Shown here in pieces: positions 1-8,631 of a stretch of DNA of 63,374 nt; the stretch's first letter is position 1, and the number at the start of each line of letters is the position of its first letter. The stretch spans positions 1-63,374 of the forward strand of contig PAJM01000036.1 in assembly GCA_002706065.1 (NCBI GenBank), written 5' to 3'. The position numbers and the translations under genes are program-made. The notes under the pieces were generated by a model. The model saw nothing but the letters and a program-made list of their open reading frames with translations. It made no database searches and was not told the origin of the DNA. The DNA comes from Methanobacteriota archaeon. Lineage in GTDB: Archaea > Thermoplasmatota > Poseidoniia > Poseidoniales > Poseidoniaceae.

Positions 1-88
1 AACTCACCTTTGCCTGAGCCGGGCATGCCACAGACCGCAAGGACTCGACTCATGCTCGAAACGCTGTGGCGAGGCCTCATCAATGTTG

Positions 89-1798
89 TTAGTTATCGAA
101 GGGTGATTTGCCCCAACGTCGGTCCATTAATTTCCACAGCAAGCCACTCGCTCCAATCAATGCAAGGGAAACACCAAGCATGCCCCAGAATCCTTGCTGC
201 ATTTGCTCGCTGTCGAATGTCACCGATTCCGCATCCAGACCATTCTCCCGAACTTGGCTGAACCAGTTCTGATAGAATTCTGTATCACCTTGAGTGAATG
301 AGAGAAGGAAGAGCATCAACAGTGGAAACACAGTCCCAATCCAAAACTTGGTCATGATGGCCCCATCAAAGATGGCTTTGTTCGGCCTCAATCCCATCAA
401 GAACGCCGTTAATGCGACGATGTAGATCGAGTTGGCAAACATGATGATGACCCCGATTGGCAATGCACCCCATTCATCGAGGCGCCATGCCATGACAACA
501 AGGAAAATCAGAGAAATCCAAGACGTTGCAAGGAAGTAGACGACCACTTTCGCCCGAATCAATTGCGGCACACTAAGTGGGAGTCCGTTCATGAAATCTG
601 GGGAATCCAGAGCGGTCAACCATGAATAGAAGTTGAATCCAAAGAAGCCGAGGAACGGCGCATAGGAAAGCAAATTGATGGGGATTGGTGCTTCAGCAAA
701 GTCCACCAACCAAGCCATTCCAAGGAGAACCAGTAAGGGGATGGAATACGATACAGTCATTTTCTTGAGAGCACCTGAACGTTTGAGATCGACAAATTCC
801 TTTGCGACCAAAAGACGAACTTCGCCTTTTCCGAGGAATTTTAACCGTCGATAGAATGGTTCGAATAAATCTGCATGTTCAATGACCTTTGCTTCGAAGT
901 CGTCAAGGATGAGTACCGCTGAGATCAAACCAACGCCTGCGCACCCAATGATTGCTGCGACAACAATCCACAGTGCCTGTTCCCGTTGAATTGCAAGACC
1001 CCATAGACCAAGATCGAAATCGATGAATCCAATTCCCACGGCAATTCCAAGGAAGACGATCAATATTGGACCGAGTATTGTGAACGGACGACCTCGCATC
1101 CACAACGAAGAAGCGAGGAACGAAATCGCAAGCCCTTGTGCAATCGTCGTGAACATCGCCAACCATGTCCATGGCAATGAAGACCACTTCAGTGGTGTCG
1201 TGATTGCCCCGAGTTCACCCAGTAAAATGCCGAACGCCATTCCGAGGATAATTGGAGTCAAAATCAGCAGTGCATAGTAAACCAGTTCTTTCACAAAAAA
1301 GGCATAATGTGCCATTGAATTCGGAAGGGGTTGAATCGCTGGAGCGGCGATTAAGTGATTCTTGTTACCGTCGCGTTGAGAGATGGCTTCACGACCTCGA
1401 AATGCAAACGTACCCATTCCTAAACTGAAGAACAGCAACGGTAAATGAAGCCCGAATCGAAGCTGATCCCACGTGAACGATTTGGTCTCCATATCGGAAG
1501 ATTGAGCTGCAGAATCACCAACAAGGAACTGCAGACCAACCGTTGTAACCATCGTCACGAGTGTGAGCAGAAGGGGAAACAAAACAACCTGTCGTTTCTT
1601 TGCAAAATCGATGTTCTCCCTCCATTCTTCACGAAACATGTATCGGAATGTGGTCGAGAATGCAGCAAATCCACGTTGTGGTTCAAGTAGTCGAACGCCT
1701 CCTGGAGAGGTTCCAAGTGAAGTTCCAGCAGTGTCATCGTACGTTTGAACAACATCATCCCACTCTCTCGAGACAATACTGGAGGCGGGCACAATCAT
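89..1798 (-). CDS. Large polytopic membrane protein, probable ABC exporter permease
   Basis: 569-aa ORF with about 12-14 hydrophobic segments; start overlaps the stop of the ABC ATPase gene (ATGA overlap at 1795-1798). Confidence 0.7.
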   Translation of the reverse strand: MIVPASSIVSREWDDVVQTYDDTAGTSLGTSPGGVRLLEPQRGFAAFSTTFRYMFREEWRENIDFAKKRQVVLFPLLLTLVTMVTTVGLQFLVGDSAAQSSDMETKSFTWDQLRFGLHLPLLFFSLGMGTFAFRGREAISQRDGNKNHLIAAPAIQPLPNSMAHYAFFVKELVYYALLILTPIILGMAFGILLGELGAITTPLKWSSLPWTWLAMFTTIAQGLAISFLASSLWMRGRPFTILGPILIVFLGIAVGIGFIDFDLGLWGLAIQREQALWIVVAAIIGCAGVGLISAVLILDDFEAKVIEHADLFEPFYRRLKFLGKGEVRLLVAKEFVDLKRSGALKKMTVSYSIPLLVLLGMAWLVDFAEAPIPINLLSYAPFLGFFGFNFYSWLTALDSPDFMNGLPLSVPQLIRAKVVVYFLATSWISLIFLVVMAWRLDEWGALPIGVIIMFANSIYIVALTAFLMGLRPNKAIFDGAIMTKFWIGTVFPLLMLFLLSFTQGDTEFYQNWFSQVRENGLDAESVTFDSEQMQQGFWGMLGVSLALIGASGLLWKLMDRRWGKSPFDN

Positions 1799-2577
1799 TC
1801 CTCCTCAGAGTTGATTCCTTCCTCAGAATTGCGTTCAGCTTCTTCAATGGAGTGTCCGACCAATCGAATGAAGACATCTTCCAGTGTTTCTTTTTCGGAC
1901 TCTTTCAAGCCTGAGACAGTTCCAGCCGCCAAGACTCGACCGTGGTTGATAATCGCCATCCGATTGCACATACGCTCAGCCATTTCAAGGACGTGTGAAC
2001 ACAGGAAAATCGTACCCCCATTCTCCACATGTTCAAGCAACCATTCTCTGCATTTGCGCTGATAGATTGGGTCGAGATTCGCAAACGGTTCATCCAAAAA
2101 CAATAGCTTGGGTTTGTGGATGAAGGCAGATGCAAGCATGACCTTTTGCCGTTGCCCTTTTGAGAGATCCTTACACATTGTGTCCCGTTTTTCCTGCAAA
2201 CCAAACCAGTCCAACCAATGTTCAACTTGTTCTTCGAGATTCTCCAGACCTCTCAACCGAGCAACGAATTGAAGAAACTCAGTTGGCGTCAAAAACGAGG
2301 GCGGAGATTCCGATTCGGGAACGATTCCAATGTTGGCTTTCAGTTTCTGTGGCGATGCTCGTGCATCCACACCCAACACCTCGATTTGACCTATGGATGG
2401 TTGCAATTGCCCAGTTAGAAGTTTGATGAATGTGGATTTCCCTGCACCATTTGGTCCGAAGACTCCAAAGAACTCTCCCGAGTAGACTTCAACGTTAAGC
2501 GGGTGGAGTGCTACGAACTCGCCGTATCGCTTACCCATGTCGACTGCGCTCACGAGAGGCTGTGCGTCATCGCCCAT
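1795..2577 (-). CDS. ABC transporter ATP-binding protein (export type)
   Basis: Walker A GPNGAGKST, signature LSKGQRQK, Walker B LLFLDEP, switch CSH. Start placed at MGDDAQ (2577); the ORF track start is 2622. Confidence 0.92.
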   Translation of the reverse strand: MGDDAQPLVSAVDMGKRYGEFVALHPLNVEVYSGEFFGVFGPNGAGKSTFIKLLTGQLQPSIGQIEVLGVDARASPQKLKANIGIVPESESPPSFLTPTEFLQFVARLRGLENLEEQVEHWLDWFGLQEKRDTMCKDLSKGQRQKVMLASAFIHKPKLLFLDEPFANLDPIYQRKCREWLLEHVENGGTIFLCSHVLEMAERMCNRMAIINHGRVLAAGTVSGLKESEKETLEDVFIRLVGHSIEEAERNSEEGINSEEE

Positions 2578-2671
2578 ACAGTATCGAATCAACTTTAGGT
2601 TTTCATTCCTTGCTTGAATCACCTAAGTGGTCCATCGGTGAACTCTTGAACTTCCGTGAATTGCCAAATCC

Positions 2672-3514
2672 ATGACGCCCCCTCAAGATGATGTTCTTAC
2701 CGTTGAAACAATCCCCGTTGATGCTTGTGATGACAACACAGTTGTCGCTTTGGTCACCATCAATCGCCCAAACAAATTGAATGCACTCAATGCAGATGTC
2801 ACATCGGCGATGAAAACGATGGTCGAATGGGCAGAATCCGAAGACTCGGTACGCTGCATCATCATGACTGGAGCCCAACCTCTCAAGCCTGAAGAAGGAA
2901 AACGAGCGAAACCACATGCGTTTGTTGCAGGTGCGGACATCACTGAATTCCTTGGTGCAGGAGTCGAAGAAATCACCATCAAATTTACGGACAATGCCAT
3001 TGAAGCATTGTGGAACATGAGCAAACCAACGATTGCTATGATCGATGGTTTTGCCTTGGGAGGTGGACTTGAAGTCGCATGTTCTTGCGACATTCGTTTT
3101 GCAAGTTCCCGCTCAAAGTTCGGAACTCCTGAAATCAATCTCGGACTTATACCTGGATACGGCGCCACTCAACGACTTGTTTCGTTGCTTGGTTACGGTA
3201 AGGCACTGGAAATGGTCTACACGGGCGAAATGATCGGTGCTGAAGAAGCACATCGGATTGGCCTCGTGAATCACGTTGTAGAAGCCGATGAATTGAAACA
3301 AAAAGCATTGGAGATGGCATGTCTTATCGCAACCAAATCCAGTCACACACTTCGAGTGGCGAAATCGACAATGCGTTCAGCACTCGATGAAGGATTAACC
3401 GAAGGAATTGCAACAGAAGCCAAGGCGTTTGCGAAGCTGTTTGATACAGAAGACCAGGAAATTGGAGTGCAAGCATTCCTCAATCGAGAGAAAGCACAAT
3501 GGAAGCACAAGTGA
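2672..3514 (+). CDS. Enoyl-CoA hydratase/isomerase (crotonase family)
   Basis: AFVAGADI oxyanion motif, GFALGGGLEVA, PEINLGLIPGYGATQRL with both catalytic Glu. Confidence 0.93.
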   Translation: MTPPQDDVLTVETIPVDACDDNTVVALVTINRPNKLNALNADVTSAMKTMVEWAESEDSVRCIIMTGAQPLKPEEGKRAKPHAFVAGADITEFLGAGVEEITIKFTDNAIEALWNMSKPTIAMIDGFALGGGLEVACSCDIRFASSRSKFGTPEINLGLIPGYGATQRLVSLLGYGKALEMVYTGEMIGAEEAHRIGLVNHVVEADELKQKALEMACLIATKSSHTLRVAKSTMRSALDEGLTEGIATEAKAFAKLFDTEDQEIGVQAFLNREKAQWKHK

Positions 3515-4225
3515 TCAAAATCCAACAATCAAATGCCAAGCAATGGCAAAGATTGCAACGTCAGCAAGCGCATGGGCGACCCATGCCACCCAAACACTCC
3601 GATATTGGATGTAGATCCATGAGAAGATGACTCCCCCAATGAAGACTCCCAGAGATGCGAGGGCATTACCAAGAGGGTCGATGAAGAACGCTAACGCAAT
3701 GGTATGATGCAGGGTGAAGATGCCTGCTGAGAGCAAAATTGGTTTCCATTTCCCACCAACAATTTGTTCAAGTTTTGACGTAATGAACCAACGGAACACG
3801 TATTCTTCCAAAACGGAGTTCACAAAAATCCAGAAGATGATGGCGATCGCGAACTTCCAAGGAACTGTTAGACCGAACGGTTCGAGGATATCATACAAGT
3901 CCTCACGTCGTAAAACAAGGTCACCGAGAATGAAATAGGCAATTCCAATGACGAGAATCATCCCAATTCCAAGAAAGGCCGAAACCAACCATCCTCCGTT
4001 CTCTGGTATCGAATAGGAACGCTCACCACCTTCGATTTTGAGATACCAGTAGGCTGGCAGTCCAAAGACCCACAGTTTCGTGAGAATGAAAACAATTGCA
4101 GCAATAAGTCCAGCTTTGAGAGCGAAACCTGTAATGACGGACACGGTTGGTGCTATCGCAACAAGGACCAGTCCAAGTAATGCCTGTCGTTGCTGTTTGG
4201 GTGTGGCTTGGGTAATTGCTACCAT
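3515..4225 (-). CDS. CPBP/CAAX-type intramembrane glutamic endopeptidase (Abi family)
   Basis: LEEYVFRW (EExxFR), F-x3-H (FTLHH), AHALAD (HxxxD/N); multiple TMs. Confidence 0.88.
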   Translation of the reverse strand: MVAITQATPKQQRQALLGLVLVAIAPTVSVITGFALKAGLIAAIVFILTKLWVFGLPAYWYLKIEGGERSYSIPENGGWLVSAFLGIGMILVIGIAYFILGDLVLRREDLYDILEPFGLTVPWKFAIAIIFWIFVNSVLEEYVFRWFITSKLEQIVGGKWKPILLSAGIFTLHHTIALAFFIDPLGNALASLGVFIGGVIFSWIYIQYRSVWVAWVAHALADVAIFAIAWHLIVGF

Positions 4226-4234
4226 TAACAAGCC

Positions 4235-5143
4235 TCAATCTTCGTCCATTTCCATTTTCAATGCTGCAAGTGCTCCGGAGGGGCTTGGAAGATCTGGTAG
4301 AGGAAGTGGGTTTCCATCAGGACCGATCAGGGGAGGGAGTTCGAGAGGAGATGGTTCATCAACTACTTCGTCCGAAATAACGGCTTCAAATCCAGCGTCA
4401 AGTTGTGAACGATACTTGAGAATACGCTGGTCATCGATTCGAATGAATGTAGCCCCGTAGATGTGGCCAGGATCAGGATTGAGAGGTTCATCAAGAACGG
4501 TCAGGCCATGGCCTTCATTCTGTAGAGCTGCGACGAGGTCTTCTCGAACGACGTGTTCTTCCCACATACGCGATGTTGAAGCCCGAATGTCTGCCATTTG
4601 CGAGCGACGACGTGCCTCGATGCGTGCACGTATTTCGCTGTGACGTGAGGCTCGTTCTTTCACCGTCGCTTGGATATCAGCTTCTTCGACGGATTCTGGA
4701 CTGACTTCAACGACGTATTCATCTGCGACGTGAACGGTTTCAACTTCAACCATCGGTAATGCATCGATGGCTTCTTCTTCATCACCACTCATCGAAGCCA
4801 TTGCTGCACGCTGGGCTTGCTGAGCGGCAAGGATCTTGGCTGCCTTTCGTTCTTTGAGCGACATCGCCTTGGCTGGTTTTGGTTCAGGATTCAATTCGTC
4901 CACAGCATTCGATTCAATTTCGGGTTCGGAAATCGCATCGGTTGAACTTGAGGATGAAGGCGTTGCAACTTGTGCAGGAAGTTCAAACGAAGGGGTGCCA
5001 GAAAGGATGTAAACCAATCCAAGTGCAACCATTATCCCAATGGTTATCCATTGCTGGTTTTCATCCATTTCACCGACGGAAACGAAATAGAACAGCAAGG
5101 TAGCAACAAACGCCAATGCGATTGTGTTTCGCAAGAACCCCAT
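4235..5143 (-). CDS. Hypothetical membrane-anchored protein (N-terminal TM hairpin, acidic and Pro-rich cytoplasmic part)
   Basis: Two N-terminal TMs, charged helical middle, Pro-rich C-terminus. GGAGTGA-like RBS upstream of the ATG at 5143. Confidence 0.7.
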   Translation of the reverse strand: MGFLRNTIALAFVATLLFYFVSVGEMDENQQWITIGIMVALGLVYILSGTPSFELPAQVATPSSSSSTDAISEPEIESNAVDELNPEPKPAKAMSLKERKAAKILAAQQAQRAAMASMSGDEEEAIDALPMVEVETVHVADEYVVEVSPESVEEADIQATVKERASRHSEIRARIEARRRSQMADIRASTSRMWEEHVVREDLVAALQNEGHGLTVLDEPLNPDPGHIYGATFIRIDDQRILKYRSQLDAGFEAVISDEVVDEPSPLELPPLIGPDGNPLPLPDLPSPSGALAALKMEMDED

Positions 5144-5172
5144 GCCTATCACTCCATCCAAGAACTCCCTGC

Positions 5173-5793
5173 TTATGACGATGATGCCGTCTCGGGTGTT
5201 GAAAGCAAGTCGATAAGACCATCCAAGGCCTTGCGTCGATGACTGAATTTTTCCTTGACCGGCAATCCAACTTCAGCGAAGGTTAGCCCATTGGTTGTGA
5301 TTGCTTCACCATGAAATTCAACATCGTCAGGAATGAAGATTGGATCGAAACCAAAGCCATCGCTACCGCTGGGCGTGATTGCAAGACTGCCCCGACATAT
5401 CCCTCTTGCAACGTGAATTGTGTCATCAAGGAGCAAGGCAGCGACCGCCTCAAAACGGGCATCTCTCCGTTTGTCTGGCCCAACAAGTTTGAGCAAGCCA
5501 TCGCAATCAAGGGTCTTCAGGACGTAGGCTGAATAGACTCCGGGAAACCCGTTGAGTTCGTCCACAAATAAACCGGCATCTTCGACCATGAGGGCATCGT
5601 TTGAATCGGGAAGGTATGCTTTCGCTTGTTCAAGTTTTGAGCGAGCGACTGTTTCCAAATCATCGCATTGCGGTTCAACAATGTCGACACCCTCGATTGT
5701 CAATTGTTTGACATTGAAACCCAGTGGTTCAAGCGAATGCTTGGCTTCGCGCACCTTTCCTGCGTTGCCAGTCATGAACCAAACTGTTCGCAT
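5173..5793 (-). CDS. rdgB: Non-canonical purine NTP pyrophosphatase (RdgB/HAM1 family)
   Basis: FMTGNAGKVRE, EDAGL, GFPGVYS, GFGFDPIF, SHRRKAL. Start placed at MRTVWF. Confidence 0.95.
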   Translation of the reverse strand: MRTVWFMTGNAGKVREAKHSLEPLGFNVKQLTIEGVDIVEPQCDDLETVARSKLEQAKAYLPDSNDALMVEDAGLFVDELNGFPGVYSAYVLKTLDCDGLLKLVGPDKRRDARFEAVAALLLDDTIHVARGICRGSLAITPSGSDGFGFDPIFIPDDVEFHGEAITTNGLTFAEVGLPVKEKFSHRRKALDGLIDLLSTPETASSS

Positions 5794-5877
5794 GGGTATG
5801 CCATATCGCGTGCCATTGATGGCTTTTCGCTTGATTTCAAGCACGAACTTCAAGGTCTTTGTTGTCAAGCAAGAACC

Positions 5878-6255
5878 ATGTTCCAGCAGGTGTTGATTGT
5901 GGCCTTGGGTGGAGGAATCGGTGCTGCACTTCGATATCTCACCTCCGAATGGGTTTCCAGTGATGGGTTTCCTTGGGCGACCTTGAGTGTTAACCTCGTT
6001 GGGTCCTTCCTGATGGGTGCGCTTGCTGTGGGGCTTGCAGAGCAGATGATTTCCAAGGACCTTGCTCTTCTCCTTGGAACCGGTTTACTCGGAGGATTGA
6101 CTACGATGTCTGCATTTTCAGTTGAAACTATACGGCTTCTCGAGGGACAACAAACCAGTCTTGCTGCAGGTTATGTTACCCTCACGATGGTTCTTTGCCC
6201 CTTGCTTGCTTTGCTGGGCTGGAAACTCTCTGAAACAATTCTAAGTCCAACCTGA
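5878..6255 (+). CDS. crcB: Fluoride efflux channel Fluc/CrcB
   Basis: GGGIGAALRY, FPWATLSVNLVGSF, GLLGGLTTMSAF. Lies inside track ORF 5668-6255; start at MFQQVL. Confidence 0.93.
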   Translation: MFQQVLIVALGGGIGAALRYLTSEWVSSDGFPWATLSVNLVGSFLMGALAVGLAEQMISKDLALLLGTGLLGGLTTMSAFSVETIRLLEGQQTSLAAGYVTLTMVLCPLLALLGWKLSETILSPT

Positions 6256-6287
6256 ACTTTAAGTGGATGAATCAATAGGATGAAGTC

Positions 6288-6707
6288 ATGACAACCCAGA
6301 ACTTGATTGCAAAATTGAACGAAGCACTTGGGTGGGAACTCCGCGCCATCAACATGTACGCTCACTATGCAGCATACATTCGTGGAATTCATCGTTTGCA
6401 ACTCGAGCCTCACTTTTCGGCGGAAGCGAACGAATCGATGGTTCACTCGAACATCGTTCGTTCAGCCATTGTCAAACTCGGTGGCGTAGCCGTAACCGAA
6501 CGAAATCAAACACCCATTGAACACGTCTCTTCGTACCTCGATATGCTTGCGGAATCGTTCAAGACGGAGACGAAAGCCGCAGAAGTATACGGTGAATTGA
6601 TGGCCATGATCAAAGAAGCAGGAGATGCTGAGTTGTTGGACACAATCGAGCAAATCTATCTCGCTGAAGTTCGCAGTGTGGAAGAATTACGCCGGCTTAC
6701 AGAGTGA
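6288..6707 (+). CDS. Ferritin-like (bacterioferritin/Dps-like) four-helix bundle protein
   Basis: LNEALGWELRAINMY, EANESMVH (ExxH), IVKLGG, ETKAAEVY. Confidence 0.8.
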   Translation: MTTQNLIAKLNEALGWELRAINMYAHYAAYIRGIHRLQLEPHFSAEANESMVHSNIVRSAIVKLGGVAVTERNQTPIEHVSSYLDMLAESFKTETKAAEVYGELMAMIKEAGDAELLDTIEQIYLAEVRSVEELRRLTE

Positions 6708-7862
6708 TTAGACTCGAATACTGAGCATGCGCTCAAGAGCGATCAGTGAACCTTCCTGAACATCTTTTGGTACCGTTATTTGATTGTGTATCTGATTGTC
6801 AGCAAGTTTCTCCAAGAGATCCATCAAGTACGCTGGATGAATCATGTACATGGTCGAACATGGGCATATTTCTGGGTCAAGACATTCAATGTGTTTGTCT
6901 GGATGGTCATCGGCTAGGCGCGCAACCATGTTGATTTCTGTTCCTATCGCTACTGCTGCGCCTCGTGGAAGATTGTTGACGTAATTGATGATGAATTGTG
7001 TTGAACCATTCGCATCCGCTACATCCACCGTTTCCTTTGGACACTCTGGATGAACCACGACAACACCTTCAGGATGGCGCTGTCGGAAATCTGCGATTTG
7101 ACTCGGTTTGAAGCGCTTGTGAACAGAACAAAAACCATGCCAGAGGATGATGCGGGCATCTGTGAGGTTAGAACTCGCACCAACACCTGGCGTCCAAGTC
7201 GGCATTTGATCTTCCGTAATCCCCATTTTCAATCCCGTGTTTCTGCCAAGATGCTGGTCAGGGAAAAAGAGGACGGCACCCTTTGGACCCGCTCTGTCGA
7301 AAGCCCATTGCAGAATTCCTTCGGCATTGGATGAGGTACAAACAATTCCACCATGACGGCCGACGAAATCCTTGAGATCTGCACTACTGTTCATGTACGT
7401 CACTGGAACGAGATACGACTCTCCTTCGTTGGCAACGTCTGCCGGATTGGCTTTGCTGATTGGATCTTGAAGATTGGTTGAAGCCAACATTTCATTCCAA
7501 GCGGCTTCCACGTCGACAAGTGTTGCCATATCGGCCATCGAGCAGCCTGCTCGCAAATTTGGAAGCATGACCACTTGGTCATCAGAAGTAAGAATGTCTG
7601 CTGATTCAGCCATGAAATGAACGCCACAAAAGACGATGTATTTCGCATCAGATTCAGCTGCTTTTTGACTGAGCATGAAGGAATCACCAAGGAAATCAGC
7701 ATGCAAAACGATGCTATCTCTCTGATAATGATGTCCAAGAATCAGTAAATCATCACCAAGTTGTTGTTTCAGTTCAGAGATACGCTCCGCAATCGCCTTA
7801 TCCTCTGGCGACATTGACGCCGAAGAGAAATCGACGGCGCACATAGCAAGTGAGATCGACAT
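6708..7862 (-). CDS. nadA: Quinolinate synthase
   Basis: ILGHHYQ, FCGVHFMAESA, AGCSMADMA, TYMNSSA, CTSSNA, GFCSVH, VHPEC, GTEINMV. Start uncertain (7862 chosen). Confidence 0.95.
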   Translation of the reverse strand: MSISLAMCAVDFSSASMSPEDKAIAERISELKQQLGDDLLILGHHYQRDSIVLHADFLGDSFMLSQKAAESDAKYIVFCGVHFMAESADILTSDDQVVMLPNLRAGCSMADMATLVDVEAAWNEMLASTNLQDPISKANPADVANEGESYLVPVTYMNSSADLKDFVGRHGGIVCTSSNAEGILQWAFDRAGPKGAVLFFPDQHLGRNTGLKMGITEDQMPTWTPGVGASSNLTDARIILWHGFCSVHKRFKPSQIADFRQRHPEGVVVVHPECPKETVDVADANGSTQFIINYVNNLPRGAAVAIGTEINMVARLADDHPDKHIECLDPEICPCSTMYMIHPAYLMDLLEKLADNQIHNQITVPKDVQEGSLIALERMLSIRV

Positions 7863-7947
7863 GCGTATCGTTCTTTCCAAACCGCCTTCCAATTTCAACC
7901 CATTGCAATCGCTGAACTTATCAAAAGGAGGCAATTCGGTAGACACG

Positions 7948-8631
7948 ATGGCATTCACGGGTGACAAGCGGCTCTACCTTGGTGCAGAGGCAGAAGTTTG
8001 GCGTGGCTCATGGATGGGACAACCTGCTGTTCGCAAGCAACGCCGACTCCGTTCATGGCGTCATCCTGATTTGGACGACCGTTTGGGTCGTCGACGAATG
8101 ATTGCCGAAGCACGGCTCATGGTCCGACTGTACAAGAAAGGACTCAACATCCCTGTCTTGTACGATTGCGACGTCCAAGGACAGCAACTTGTCATGAGCA
8201 ACATTCCAGGATTACCGCTCATCGATCTCCTCAATGACCGTTCGCTTGACGATTCAACTGTTTTGGAGTATCTCCGATCTGCAGGACGCAGTATCCGGAT
8301 GCTGCACAGAGAAGCGATTGTGCATGGTGATCTTTCAACCAACAACATCATTATTACGCCTGATGGCGATGCAGTCTTGATTGATTTTGGACTCGCAAAA
8401 ATCGAATTTGAGACAGAATTGTATGGGATTGATTTGCACGTTCTCTTTGAAATTCTTGGTGCATCCCATCCTCATCGAGAGGATGCTATGGAGGCTGTTC
8501 TCGAAGGGTATGCTCAGTGCGAAACGGAATTGGGTCCTGCTGCAACAACGCCGGGAGGCGACCCTGTTGCAATGAAGGATGTAATCGAACGATTTGATCT
8601 CATTCGGACTCGAGTACGCTATCATGGATGA
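7948..8631 (+). CDS. bud32: KEOPS complex kinase Bud32 (stand-alone, not fused to Kae1)
   Basis: YLGAEAEV, WRHPDLDDRL, EARLM, IVHGDLSTNN, LIDFGL, DLHVL, RVRY end. GGAGG upstream of 7948. Confidence 0.92.
   Translation: MAFTGDKRLYLGAEAEVWRGSWMGQPAVRKQRRLRSWRHPDLDDRLGRRRMIAEARLMVRLYKKGLNIPVLYDCDVQGQQLVMSNIPGLPLIDLLNDRSLDDSTVLEYLRSAGRSIRMLHREAIVHGDLSTNNIIITPDGDAVLIDFGLAKIEFETELYGIDLHVLFEILGASHPHREDAMEAVLEGYAQCETELGPAATTPGGDPVAMKDVIERFDLIRTRVRYHG

Noticed and set aside
5794-5877. Fluoride riboswitch upstream of crcB
   Set aside because: No match to the GGCGATGG...GCTGATGAC-type consensus was seen.
5668-5877. N-terminal extension of CrcB in the 195-aa track ORF
   Set aside because: It overlaps rdgB on the opposite strand; Fluc homology begins at ATG 5878.
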